A stretch of DNA of 64,000 nt. Origin: Candidatus Cryptobacteroides sp. (lineage in GTDB: Bacteria > Bacteroidota > Bacteroidia > Bacteroidales > UBA932). The stretch is taken from contig JAZUFA010000056.1 in assembly GCA_045640445.1 (NCBI GenBank), positions 4,208 through 68,207 of the forward strand. Direction: 5' to 3'. Shown in pieces: positions 38,550 to 48,400 of the stretch (its first letter is position 1; the number at the start of each line of letters is the position of its first letter). Below the pieces are notes generated by a model, which was given only the letters and a program-made list of their open reading frames with translations, was not told the DNA's origin and did not search any database. Both the position numbers and the translations under genes were made by a program.

Positions 38550-39454
38550 ATGACCGACTTGTATATTTCAATTATTCTATCTGCCACAGCCTTGCCTGTA
38601 AGCCCGCGGGACACGATACGGTCGCGTCCCCCGGTCTCGCCATATGCTATGGCAACTTCCAACTTTCCTGCCAGCGCCTCAGCCGTCCTGTCACAGACGA
38701 AGCACCCTGCGACTCCTTCGACCACTTCGCTGACGTCTCCCACATCCACGCTGACTACGGGACAGCCGCACATCATCGCTTCCTTGATGACCTGGGGCGA
38801 ACCCTCAGTATGCGACGTCATGAGGATAGCATCCGCCGCACGCATCAGCATAGTCACCTGAGACCTGTCATAACCTTTAAGTTCTATCAACTGACAGCCG
38901 GGCAACAACGACATTGTCTGTTCTGCAAGAGGGTAATTCTTGACTGTGTTGTCGAACGCACCAGCGAAGAGCACGTATTTACGGGACGTGTCAAGACCCA
39001 TCCTCTCCCTTGCCCCGGTCTTGGGCATGGCCTGTATCTCATTCTCAGCTATTCCGCACGGCACAAGCTCTCCTCTCTTCAGATAGCCCGCTATCTCCAT
39101 TGTCTTCCGGGACACGAAGATATTGAAAGCTGAGAGGCGCATGGCAAGTTTTGAGAACGGAAGCACCTTCCTGTCATTGATGTCGCTGCCGTGATAGGTT
39201 GTCACGACAGGCACCCTGCGCTGCAGACAGGCCAGCAGCCCGCTCAAACCATAATGGGCATGGATGATGTCAGGCTCGAATTCCTTTATTTTCCTTTTCA
39301 GAGCCGGATACGCCTTGAGATAGCCTTTGATTCCCTTGCCTGTTATGCCAAAGAACTCCATACAGCACCCCAGCTCAGCCAATTCGGCAGCCTGCTCCAC
39401 TATGAATGGAGCAAAATGACCCTTGTTGTATGATGCTACTATAAGTACTTTCAT
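38546..39454 (-). CDS. Glycosyltransferase family 4
   Basis: PDIIHAHYG, TYHGSD, EGSPQVIKEAM (EX7E), DVGDV. Start set at ATG 39454. Confidence 0.9.
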   Translation of the reverse strand: MKVLIVASYNKGHFAPFIVEQAAELAELGCCMEFFGITGKGIKGYLKAYPALKRKIKEFEPDIIHAHYGLSGLLACLQRRVPVVTTYHGSDINDRKVLPFSKLAMRLSAFNIFVSRKTMEIAGYLKRGELVPCGIAENEIQAMPKTGARERMGLDTSRKYVLFAGAFDNTVKNYPLAEQTMSLLPGCQLIELKGYDRSQVTMLMRAADAILMTSHTEGSPQVIKEAMMCGCPVVSVDVGDVSEVVEGVAGCFVCDRTAEALAGKLEVAIAYGETGGRDRIVSRGLTGKAVADRIIEIYKSVI

Positions 39455-40860
39455 TACATTCCCCTTCCACGGAGCTTGAACCATGACCATCCGACGTCTG
39501 CGATGAATATGATGGCAAGCCATATTGCAAACCAGTTCTTGTGCTTCCCCTTGAATTGCGAGACTCCATATGCCGCAAACATGAGCTCAAAAGGCAATGA
39601 CGGTATATGGAAGCGTTCTGAGTGGGCATAGTTACTGAATATCAGTATCAACAGATACCCCAGCATGAACGACAGCGGCAGCATATGGTCGCGCCACTTT
39701 CCACTCTTAAACAAAAGAATGAGCGCCAGTATTGTCAGGAAACTGGTTATATTCTTCACAAAATTACCACCATGAATCATAATCTGGTCTTCCTGGAAAC
39801 CCACATCAACCATAGTCGGGAACGGGATGGTAAAGATCAAAGGAGCATACACTGCACTGCTGGCGTTGGTGGCCAATGCATTTCCGCCCTCTCGGGTAGC
39901 GCGCCATTGAATGTTCGCCTCCTGTTCGGCCTGGATTGATGAATAGTCACCCACGCCGAGGATAGCAGCACCTCTGTTCCAGACCAGCACTCCCATGAAG
40001 AGCAGAATGAACAGGCCTTCGATAACCCACTTTCCACCCTTCTTGATCCTGGCATTACCAAGGACTATGGCACATCCGAATGAAAGGAACAGCAGCACAG
40101 CCAGAACGCCTCTGAAGAAGTAACTGGCAGCTGCGGCAAGTATCATGAGGAATATGTCGGTGAACGATGCTTTTGTGCTGTGCATCAGATGGTCAGCCTT
40201 TTCGATGAAAAGCACGGACAGGAAGAGCATCTCGGTTTCCTTGAGGTTGATGCCGCAATAGAAAATGAAGTTCGGCATCAGCATGAAGAACACGGCTGTC
40301 ATACGGCCTACGCTCTCACCAAAATTTCGCCTTGCAATCCTGTACATCAGAACGGCCGTTCCGGCACTTATCAAAGCCTTGACGCAACGGGACAGGATAA
40401 CCGACTTTCCGGTCAAGGAATATACAATCGTCAACCATACAGGATAACCAAGGTCCGTTAGAGAAACTCCTTCAAAGAAAACAGACCATTTGACGTCTGC
40501 TCCCCACACTATATCAGCCCCAAGGCACCCCATGTCATGATACCATAAGGAGTCTCCGGGGGAGAACTCAAACGGTGCGCCTGTCATCATATCATAGAAC
40601 AGATATGAGAACAGCACATATATGATTCTGATTACGGCAGACGCAAGGAACAGGCGGTGCTCAAGATTCTTACCTTCATAACGCTGCCACACCTTAGATA
40701 TGGCATTACTGAAGTAGAAAAAAGAGCCGACCTCAACCAGGCCGAACAGCCACCAGTACCAGGCAATGGGATATCCGAATGCAACTGATACAAGAATCAG
40801 AAGAACCACATATATGGCTATAGCTCTGTCTGCAAAATATTTGGGGAAGAAATTCGTCAT
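39454..40860 (-). CDS. Polytopic GT-C-fold membrane protein (Wzy polymerase-like / PMT-like)
   Basis: About 10-12 hydrophobic segments; loops 'GDSLWYHD', 'LGYP', 'LKET', 'FFRG', 'ERFHIPSLPF'. Confidence 0.6.
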   Translation of the reverse strand: MTNFFPKYFADRAIAIYVVLLILVSVAFGYPIAWYWWLFGLVEVGSFFYFSNAISKVWQRYEGKNLEHRLFLASAVIRIIYVLFSYLFYDMMTGAPFEFSPGDSLWYHDMGCLGADIVWGADVKWSVFFEGVSLTDLGYPVWLTIVYSLTGKSVILSRCVKALISAGTAVLMYRIARRNFGESVGRMTAVFFMLMPNFIFYCGINLKETEMLFLSVLFIEKADHLMHSTKASFTDIFLMILAAAASYFFRGVLAVLLFLSFGCAIVLGNARIKKGGKWVIEGLFILLFMGVLVWNRGAAILGVGDYSSIQAEQEANIQWRATREGGNALATNASSAVYAPLIFTIPFPTMVDVGFQEDQIMIHGGNFVKNITSFLTILALILLFKSGKWRDHMLPLSFMLGYLLILIFSNYAHSERFHIPSLPFELMFAAYGVSQFKGKHKNWFAIWLAIIFIADVGWSWFKLRGRGM

Positions 40861-40861
40861 A

Positions 40862-41572
40862 TCAGCCGAAAATACGTCTTTTAAGTTTGATCAACTTTAT
40901 ACTTAACTTTGGCCCCGCAATCCTCAGGATCAGCGGTTTCTTCGGATTGCTCCAGGAATCCAGACCTTTATGGTCACAATATGTGTTCTCCGTCCTGAAG
41001 TACTCACCGGTTGTCTGCCTGGGGCAGAAATAATCCACCGGAAAGACGTGGAGCCCGTCAAAATCCTTTTCAATTCCGTCGCACATAAGGCCCTGCTCCA
41101 TCATACGGCCGGTCAGGAACGCCACGTTGGTGGTCATGTCATATGACCCGTCAGGCTGGACAAAATGCCTGCCGGCGTACAGTCCCATCTGCTTTGCCAC
41201 CCATGATCCATGCTGCTCGCTGGCGAGCACGCCCATCATCACAGGCGAATGCTTGCTGCCCTCATACCCGGCAAACGCCGGATGGTCCAGCAAGTCATCG
41301 AATGACTTGAAGACTTCGAAGTCGACATCCATATACAGGCCGCCATGATTGTATAATGCATACAGCCGCACATAATCGCTAACAAAAGCAAACTTGCGGG
41401 CCTCGTATGCCTCCTTGACATATGGAAGTGAATTCACATCAAAGTTGTCCTCGTTCCACTCCATGAACGTCCAGTCCGGCATGAGCCTGCGCCAGGACGC
41501 CATGCAGTCAAGCGCCAGCTGCGGCATCTGCCCACGGCCGAACCAGCAGTAATGTATTATCTTGGGAATCAT
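40862..41572 (-). CDS. DXD glycosyltransferase (GT32/Och1-like)
   Basis: MIPKIIHYCWFG, AFVSDYVRL, GGLYMDVD. Start set at ATG 41572. Confidence 0.9.
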   Translation of the reverse strand: MIPKIIHYCWFGRGQMPQLALDCMASWRRLMPDWTFMEWNEDNFDVNSLPYVKEAYEARKFAFVSDYVRLYALYNHGGLYMDVDFEVFKSFDDLLDHPAFAGYEGSKHSPVMMGVLASEQHGSWVAKQMGLYAGRHFVQPDGSYDMTTNVAFLTGRMMEQGLMCDGIEKDFDGLHVFPVDYFCPRQTTGEYFRTENTYCDHKGLDSWSNPKKPLILRIAGPKLSIKLIKLKRRIFG

Positions 41573-42498
41573 CCGACAAACTTCTTTTTCAAGGCATATC
41601 CGGTTCTCCTGACCCATTCCTTGAAACGCAGCAGCCATACGGGCTTGCGATACTCCGCACAAACGGATTGAGGCTGCCGTGCCCAGTCGACTTTGTCAAG
41701 TTCCTGCTGTGCCAACTGTCTGTATTTGGAAGAAAGGTAATATGGTTTCAGCGAGTAAACGCGGATATTGTCGACCAATTGCTTGAATCCGGGGTTGCCC
41801 GTCTCTTCAGCAGCGTAGCGGCCAAGGTTCCAGAGGAAGTGGTTTTCAGGAGCACGCAAAGGTCCAACGCCTCTGGCATTTACGTCAACATCCTGATTGT
41901 AGTATGCCAAACGGCTGTTCAGGAAAGCAACTTTATGTTTGAAAGCAATACGCAGCCAAAGGTCGAAGTCCTCACCCAACTTGAGCTCCGGACGGAAGCA
42001 TCCTACTTCCTCGAACACGCCACGAGGGATAGCAACGGATATGGAGGTAACAGGCATCTGCATTATCCTTGCATACTCGGCAAAATAGTCGATATATCCC
42101 GTAGGTATGTCTATCCTGGACTGCGTCCGTCCGTTCTTGACATAGTAATAATTGACTGCATAGATTCCCGCCTCCGGATAATCCCTTATGAATGCATCCA
42201 TCTCCTCAAGGAAAGTCGGAGCCCACCAGTCATCCGCATCAAGAAAACAGATGTATTCACCCTTAGCCAGCGCAATGCCATTGTTCCTGGCAACGCTGAC
42301 GCCCTGGTTGGGTTGGCTCGTCACTACGGCTGAAGTCCCGTCAAGAACAGACTTGACGACATCTAGCGATTCGTCGGTGCTGCCATCATCGATGACGATA
42401 AGCTCGTAATCCTCAAACGTCTGAGCCAGCACACTGCGGACAGACTTTTCGGCGTAAGGAGCCTTGTTGTACAATGGGATGATTACTGAGAATCTCAT
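41569..42498 (-). CDS. Glycosyltransferase family 2
   Basis: SVIIPLYNK, IDDGSTD, FLDADD, GEDFDLW. Confidence 0.92.
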   Translation of the reverse strand: MRFSVIIPLYNKAPYAEKSVRSVLAQTFEDYELIVIDDGSTDESLDVVKSVLDGTSAVVTSQPNQGVSVARNNGIALAKGEYICFLDADDWWAPTFLEEMDAFIRDYPEAGIYAVNYYYVKNGRTQSRIDIPTGYIDYFAEYARIMQMPVTSISVAIPRGVFEEVGCFRPELKLGEDFDLWLRIAFKHKVAFLNSRLAYYNQDVDVNARGVGPLRAPENHFLWNLGRYAAEETGNPGFKQLVDNIRVYSLKPYYLSSKYRQLAQQELDKVDWARQPQSVCAEYRKPVWLLRFKEWVRRTGYALKKKFVG

Positions 42499-43379
42499 AC
42501 TCTGCCGCGCAGTTTCAAATATATGCGGTATATACCGGGGAACATGAACCTCAAGCGCATCGATTTTTTCTGCAGGGAGAAGTCAATCTTTGCCAGCACC
42601 CTATCGAGGTCAGCTTCATATTGCTTCATTCCCGTATACTGGAATATCCTGTAAAGGCACTCCCTGTCAAAGAAGAAACGAAAATCCCTGTCGGCTGCCC
42701 TGTAGGCATCATACTTCTCGATATAGAACGGAAGATGCTTCTCGAACGGCTTGAATCTGGTCATAGCCCGGTTTTCGGACTCCTGTTCATAATAGGCCAG
42801 CGTCTTCTCATAATATGCCCCGGGATACTCCATGGCGACACGCCACCACATGTCGAGGTCTTCGCCATATGCCATCCTCTCATCGAAAAGTCCTACTTTG
42901 TCGAAAGCCTCCTTGCGTATTGTCGTACTGCTGCCTGTCCAGCACCAGGGATTCGTTGTCCAGGGATTCCTGACATAGCCACGGAATCCGCTGCCATCCT
43001 TCTCATCCTGGGGCTTGCCGGCTACGCTCAATCCCAGGCCGAGGCCATATATGCCTGCCTCCGGGCAATCTTCAATCAAGCGGACGAGTTCCTCCAAATA
43101 GGTAGGATCCCATTTGTCATCGGCGTCCAGGAAGGAAACATACTCGCCCTTCGCCAACGCTATTCCCATATTCCTGGCAGATGACACCCCACCATTCTCC
43201 TTGCGGACATAACGTACCCGCGCATCGTCATAGCTCAGAACCACATCCGCGCCACCATCGGCAGAACCGTCATCCACCACGATGACTTCGAAGTCAGCAT
43301 ATGTCTGCACGAGCACACTGTCAAGTGTCCCGCCTATGCTTGAAGCCTTGTTATATAACGGTATGACTACGGAAATCAT
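42495..43379 (-). CDS. Glycosyltransferase family 2
   Basis: SVVIPLYNK, VDDGSAD, FLDADD, GEDLDMW. Confidence 0.92.
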   Translation of the reverse strand: MISVVIPLYNKASSIGGTLDSVLVQTYADFEVIVVDDGSADGGADVVLSYDDARVRYVRKENGGVSSARNMGIALAKGEYVSFLDADDKWDPTYLEELVRLIEDCPEAGIYGLGLGLSVAGKPQDEKDGSGFRGYVRNPWTTNPWCWTGSSTTIRKEAFDKVGLFDERMAYGEDLDMWWRVAMEYPGAYYEKTLAYYEQESENRAMTRFKPFEKHLPFYIEKYDAYRAADRDFRFFFDRECLYRIFQYTGMKQYEADLDRVLAKIDFSLQKKSMRLRFMFPGIYRIYLKLRGRV

Positions 43380-44383
43380 ATGAAACGTCCAAGATTCTCA
43401 GCCTGGCCGGTCTTGTTTTTGCCAATGAGCTTGAGCCTTAACCTCAGCAAGGACTCCAGCGGCACATACCCTATGACCCTGCCGACCACGGAATATACGC
43501 GGAAGAAGCGGTTCTTCCAGCAAAGCACCCTCCTCGCATTGGCGAGGCAATGCTTGCCGTCCTCCTTGTTCCTTGCAGCGAAGGCAGCCCTCGATCTTGC
43601 AAACCAGAACTTGAAGAGGCCCGGTCTGAACTCGTATGGAAGTTCACCGTATTTTGCCACGAGCAGGTCCTCGAACTTCTGATATGTATAGGCCAGATAT
43701 GCCGAAGTCTCATAATTGCGGGCTTTGGTGCCGGTCGATATCCTGTATATCGAATCATGCTTTCTGTAACTGAAAGTGATTGCAGGGCAGTAGACGAAGC
43801 GGCAACCGCTGTTCGCCAGTCTGAAGTGCAGGTCATACTCCTGCCCGCGGGGCAGCTTCTCATCAAAGAAGCCCACGGCCTCCAGCAGCTCGCGCCTGTG
43901 CAGGGGTGTGGTAATGAGGACTTCCCAATGGGAATAGAAGAAGAGTTCCTGATTGGCCTCGAGTTCCTCCTGCCAGGAGAACTTGTGCTCGTGTATCACC
44001 TGACCTTCCGGATTGATGAAGTTATAGTCTCCAAAAGGTATCTCATTCTCTCCAAGTCCCTCTATCTGTGCGATCTGAACTGACAAACAGTCCTTATCAA
44101 GCAGATCATCTGCGTCCAGGAACTTCACGAATGCGCCGGAAGACTCCCTGAGCGCCCTGTCCCTGGCCACGCAGGCGCCGCTGTTCTTTTGGGTTATGAC
44201 CTTGATTCTGTCTGATTCAAATGCCCTCGCCGCCTCGTATGACCCATCGGAGGATCCGTCATCGACTATTATCAATTCCCAATCGGTATACGACTGGGCA
44301 AGGACGGAGCCGATTGCCGCCTCAACGTATGCCGCATCATTGAAGAGCGGCATTATAATTGACACCTTCTTATTGTCCCTCAT
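43376..44383 (-). CDS. Glycosyltransferase family 2
   Basis: SIIMPLFN, VDDGSSD, FLDADD, QEYDLHFR. Start set at ATG 44383. Confidence 0.9.
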   Translation of the reverse strand: MRDNKKVSIIMPLFNDAAYVEAAIGSVLAQSYTDWELIIVDDGSSDGSYEAARAFESDRIKVITQKNSGACVARDRALRESSGAFVKFLDADDLLDKDCLSVQIAQIEGLGENEIPFGDYNFINPEGQVIHEHKFSWQEELEANQELFFYSHWEVLITTPLHRRELLEAVGFFDEKLPRGQEYDLHFRLANSGCRFVYCPAITFSYRKHDSIYRISTGTKARNYETSAYLAYTYQKFEDLLVAKYGELPYEFRPGLFKFWFARSRAAFAARNKEDGKHCLANARRVLCWKNRFFRVYSVVGRVIGYVPLESLLRLRLKLIGKNKTGQAENLGRFI

Positions 44384-45323
44384 TCCAGCTTGACTTAGCG
44401 AAATCCAACATCTTATCGAGATACCAGTCATTATAGGACGCCAGCACACAGCCATTCGGAGTGAAAGTCATCTCTCCGAAGATGGTCTTTCCGTCAACCT
44501 CGTATACATCAAACCGGCAATACTCAAAACTTCGGCACAGGTCTTCGGCCATATTGACCATCCCGGCCAGGTTTCCGGGCCGGGCTATCTCCTTCCTGTT
44601 CGTATGACGGCACTCCCTGACGCCTTCGGTCCTGTTCCATGACAGGTCGTAATCATCGAGGCTCACTTCCGCATGCTGGGCGTCGGGATTTCTGTCATAT
44701 CCCACCTCGCAGGAGAAAACCTTGCCATTGATTACGTGGAATTTGTAATCTGTAAGAGAAGAACTGTCCAATGCATCCAGATACCTCTCGACGACAATCT
44801 TCGGCTCTATCATGGAATACTGCCATTCCCCCGAAAGAAGCCCGAAGTTTCTGTCTGCCAGCCATTCGCGGAATTTTGCAGCCTGTTCAGGCCAGCAGAT
44901 GGACGACTTGTCCTTACAGATCAGGTTCCTGCCGGAAGCGTTGTTCATCTTCATTACGAAACTTGAGGGCAGGGACTCGAAGTCTATGTCATCGACACTG
45001 TCGTATACCCCATACAGTTCATTCAATGTATGGCCGTATCCTGCTGCCTCGACAAACTCCCTGACGGCATATTTATCCGCGCACTGGATTATCATGCCGC
45101 GGTTCCCGCCTTTGCTGTTCTTAAGCGACAAAGCCATCAGCCACTGGTTGAAGTCCCCGGGGTCGTCCCACCTGATTCTCCGACCTGTCCAGTTGAAATA
45201 GAACATGGACAGATATGCCTTCAGATGGTGCTTCGACATGCTCAGGGAAAGAGGCTTGATGCTCAGAAGCATCTTCACAAAGTCTCTCCTTAACCAATAG
45301 ATATAATGGCTTATGCTTTTCAT
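44370..45323 (-). CDS. TupA-like ATP-grasp amidoligase
   Basis: DKYAVREFV, LPSSFVMKMNNASG, PKIVVERYL, DYKFH, RFDVY, FGEMTFTP. Start set at ATG 45323. Confidence 0.88.
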   Translation of the reverse strand: MKSISHYIYWLRRDFVKMLLSIKPLSLSMSKHHLKAYLSMFYFNWTGRRIRWDDPGDFNQWLMALSLKNSKGGNRGMIIQCADKYAVREFVEAAGYGHTLNELYGVYDSVDDIDFESLPSSFVMKMNNASGRNLICKDKSSICWPEQAAKFREWLADRNFGLLSGEWQYSMIEPKIVVERYLDALDSSSLTDYKFHVINGKVFSCEVGYDRNPDAQHAEVSLDDYDLSWNRTEGVRECRHTNRKEIARPGNLAGMVNMAEDLCRSFEYCRFDVYEVDGKTIFGEMTFTPNGCVLASYNDWYLDKMLDFAKSSWNEGQ

Positions 45324-46228
45324 TTCCTGCAGATTGAAATAACATTCTTCACCAAGGATTTCATCGAAGGCTTGACGAAAAACAGCGACAACGCAAGCCC
45401 GATGCACCGGAAAAAGCCTGCGCCTGACGCCTTCGAGGCATTGATGAAGGCCTGGATACGGGCCGCATATGCATTCCTCAAATTCTTTCCTTCGGATGTA
45501 TTCCTGTTATGCCTGTAAAGTTCTTCATATACCAGCATGTCCATCCTTGCCGACTGACAGGGGGACATGGTATGATACATGCTGTCGTCGTGGACAGTCC
45601 GCACGCCACCGACAAAATTGAAGACATAGCCTTTGCCCTGAAGCAGCATGAGCAGGATCATGTGAGAATCCCTGAAATATTCATACTCGTCATACCAGTC
45701 CAGGCTGAATGACTCTCTCCTGAACACCATTGAGAAAGGATATGTTATCCAGTTATGGTAAAATATCTCGGGCGTCAGGTCGAAGCCGGCACCATCGGAA
45801 GCCACGAAACGCTCAAACGCGTTTTCAAACAACACCTCGCCCGACTTCTCGACCATGCGGTTATGAAAACAAATTGAGTAGTCAGGGTTCGACTCCAGAA
45901 AGTCGGCCTGCTTCTGTAATTTGAACTCATCCGTCCAATAATCGTCGCCCTCACATAATGCTACATACCGGCCGCGCGCCAACCCCATGGCGCGCCGTTC
46001 ATTCTGCAGGGCACCTGCATTTTTCTCAGACAGGACAAGACGGATCAGGTCGGGGAACCTGCGCGCATAGTCCTCACATATCGCCCTGGTTCCATCTGTG
46101 CTGCAGTCATCCGCTATGATGAGTTCAACAGGGAAATTCACCTTCTGCATCAATACACCCTCAATACATTTCCGGATGTATGGCTCATGATTATATGTTA
46201 TGGTGACGACAGATAGAAGCGGATCCAT
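45320..46228 (-). CDS. Glycosyltransferase family 2
   Basis: SVVTITYNHE, ADDCSTD, ALCEGDDYW, KLQKQ. Confidence 0.9.
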   Translation of the reverse strand: MDPLLSVVTITYNHEPYIRKCIEGVLMQKVNFPVELIIADDCSTDGTRAICEDYARRFPDLIRLVLSEKNAGALQNERRAMGLARGRYVALCEGDDYWTDEFKLQKQADFLESNPDYSICFHNRMVEKSGEVLFENAFERFVASDGAGFDLTPEIFYHNWITYPFSMVFRRESFSLDWYDEYEYFRDSHMILLMLLQGKGYVFNFVGGVRTVHDDSMYHTMSPCQSARMDMLVYEELYRHNRNTSEGKNLRNAYAARIQAFINASKASGAGFFRCIGLALSLFFVKPSMKSLVKNVISICRK

Positions 46229-46230
46229 AT

Positions 46231-46522
46231 TTATTCCATCATTTTACGAACGATCCGGTTCAGCTTCCATCAAAACGTTTCGCATACCGAGGAGAACACG
46301 GGAAGTAACATCATACAGATCCTGCCCCTGCTGCATGATATTCAGGTCATAATCCTGCACAACACCAAAGATATCGAGCACCTGGTCCAGCATCTCGCGA
46401 TGCTGTCCTGTCACGCATACTATCGTCTTGAAACTATCCGGATTTTTCTGGAACTCCTTGACCAGGGGGCACATCTTGATAGCCTCCGGACGGGTTCCGA
46501 AAACAAGCATTACTGTTTTCAT
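46231..46522 (-). pseudogene. wecB: Internally deleted UDP-GlcNAc 2-epimerase (non-hydrolysing)
   Basis: Intact WecB N-terminus (VFGTRPEAIKM, TGQHREMLDQVL) stops after 92 aa, just before the expected VLVHGDT. An out-of-frame 'RIVRKMME*' tail follows. Confidence 0.88.
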
Positions 46523-47290
46523 CTACACTAAAGTATAATTTTTGAGCAGTTCCTTTGTTCCCTCCCTGCCATTGAACATCATCACGTCAAGTATCGATAG
46601 GCCAGGTTCCTGGAAACCATTATGCTGAGGATAGGATATATCTCCGGTCTTGACGAACAAAAGATCAATCCCGTATTCAGCAAACTCATGCTTGTCGTAA
46701 AGGGCCTGCCCTCCTATCGCATTTATGAAAGTCCGGGCACCTTCCCGCCTGCACATCTCGATAACACGGGCAGTCTTTTTGATCGGAGAAGTCTTCTCCA
46801 TATATGGGAATCTCCCATAACCGAGAGATTCGATGGTTGACAAGTCTTCCTCCATGTCGAGGAAACGCGAGTTATCATATTCTATCTCTGTCCGGATACC
46901 CAGATGTTCAGCGATTTCCATGACACAGGCAGCATTCAGTTCATACAGATATTCATATCGTCTGTTCAGCAGTTTCTCCACCAAAGGATACGTTTCGGCA
47001 TAATATGGCGCCTTATTGTAATTCGAAGCAATGGTGAGAAGCAGATTCCTGGCCCACGGTTTTGAATTGTCTATCCTCACCTCCCGTATCATCTGATTCG
47101 AACTCTTATGAAGGAGCGGCACCGTGAACTGATATATCCTGCCGTCTTTCAAAAGCAGTCTGTTCCTGTTCATCCACGCTTCCTTGATGAAGTTCAGGTT
47201 ACTGTACAGGATATATTTGTCCACGGCAGCAATTGCCTGGAAGTATCCGATGTACGGCATGAAGTACGGCTGCATTATAGCGAGTTTCAT
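46523..47290 (-). CDS. wbqC: WbqC-family protein
   Basis: MQPYFMPYIGYFQ, WMNRNR, YNKAPY, INAIGG..LY, LSILDVMMFNG. Confidence 0.88.
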   Translation of the reverse strand: MKLAIMQPYFMPYIGYFQAIAAVDKYILYSNLNFIKEAWMNRNRLLLKDGRIYQFTVPLLHKSSNQMIREVRIDNSKPWARNLLLTIASNYNKAPYYAETYPLVEKLLNRRYEYLYELNAACVMEIAEHLGIRTEIEYDNSRFLDMEEDLSTIESLGYGRFPYMEKTSPIKKTARVIEMCRREGARTFINAIGGQALYDKHEFAEYGIDLLFVKTGDISYPQHNGFQEPGLSILDVMMFNGREGTKELLKNYTLV

Positions 47291-47293
47291 AAA

Positions 47294-48400
47294 CTACTTT
47301 ACAATCAGGTCAATGACTCTTTGGATATCATCCTCACTCAGCAGATGATGCATAGGCAGGCAGATAACCTCATCGGCGAGCCTCGTGGCTACCGGCAGAT
47401 TCTCAGGTACAGCCGAAGGCAGGGATGAATAGCTGTCGAATGTGCTGATGAGCGGGTAGAAATATCTGCGGCCGAGGACTGCATGCGCTTTCATCTCCGC
47501 GTAGAGTTCGTCGCGTGTTTTACCGTATTTTTCCGCATCAACAAAGATCGGGAAGTATGAATAATTGTGGCGAACACCGGGTGTGTCCTCGAAGAAGCGG
47601 ATGCCGGGCACTCCGCGCAGAGCCTCGCGGTAACGTTCTGCGGCAGTCTTGCGGGCGGCAATGGCAGAGTTCACCTGGCGCAGGTTCAGCAGGCCGTAGG
47701 CGCTGCGGACCTCGTCAACCTTGCCGTTGATACCGGGGCCCACGACGGTGGTCTCGTCCTCGAAACCGAAGTTGCGCAGATAATCAATCCTGCATTTCAT
47801 TTCCCCGGTACGGCAGACCAGGGCGCCGCCTTCCAGAGTGTTATACACTTTCGTTGCATGGAAGCTGAGAGTTGAGATGTCACCTTCGTTCAGGATGCTC
47901 TTCCCATCCACCTCAACGCCAAAGGCATGAGCCGCATCGTAAATGACCTTGAGCCCATATTTGTCGGCAACCGCCTGGATTGCAGCAGTGTCGCAAGGCT
48001 GTCCGTAGCAATGAACGGGCATGATGGCAACAGTATCGGGCGTAATGGCGGCCTCAATCTTTGCAGGATCGAGATTACAGGTCACAGGGTCGATGTCGGC
48101 GAATACCGGCTTCAGACCGTTCCACCAGATGCTATGGGTTGTTGCCACGAAACTGTAAGGAGTGGTAATCACCTCACCCTTGCGTATGTCAAGGGCCTGA
48201 AGAGCCGTAATCAACGGAATGGTTCCATTGGTGAACAAGCTGATATAAGGCACCTTGAGGTACTCGGCAAGTTCATGCTCAAGCCTCTCGTGGTACTCAC
48301 CGAGATTGGTCACCCAATGCTTCGCCCAGATGTCCTCCATCATTTCGCGGAGTTCATCGAGATTCGGGAGCAAAGGGGATGTTACTGTTATCTGTTTCAT
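47294..48400 (-). CDS. vioA: DegT/DnrJ PLP sugar aminotransferase (VioA-like, dTDP-Qui4N)
   Basis: NGT, DAAHAFG, SFHATKVYNTLEGG, GINGK, RRYFYP. Start set at ATG 48400. Confidence 0.8.
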   Translation of the reverse strand: MKQITVTSPLLPNLDELREMMEDIWAKHWVTNLGEYHERLEHELAEYLKVPYISLFTNGTIPLITALQALDIRKGEVITTPYSFVATTHSIWWNGLKPVFADIDPVTCNLDPAKIEAAITPDTVAIMPVHCYGQPCDTAAIQAVADKYGLKVIYDAAHAFGVEVDGKSILNEGDISTLSFHATKVYNTLEGGALVCRTGEMKCRIDYLRNFGFEDETTVVGPGINGKVDEVRSAYGLLNLRQVNSAIAARKTAAERYREALRGVPGIRFFEDTPGVRHNYSYFPIFVDAEKYGKTRDELYAEMKAHAVLGRRYFYPLISTFDSYSSLPSAVPENLPVATRLADEVICLPMHHLLSEDDIQRVIDLIVK

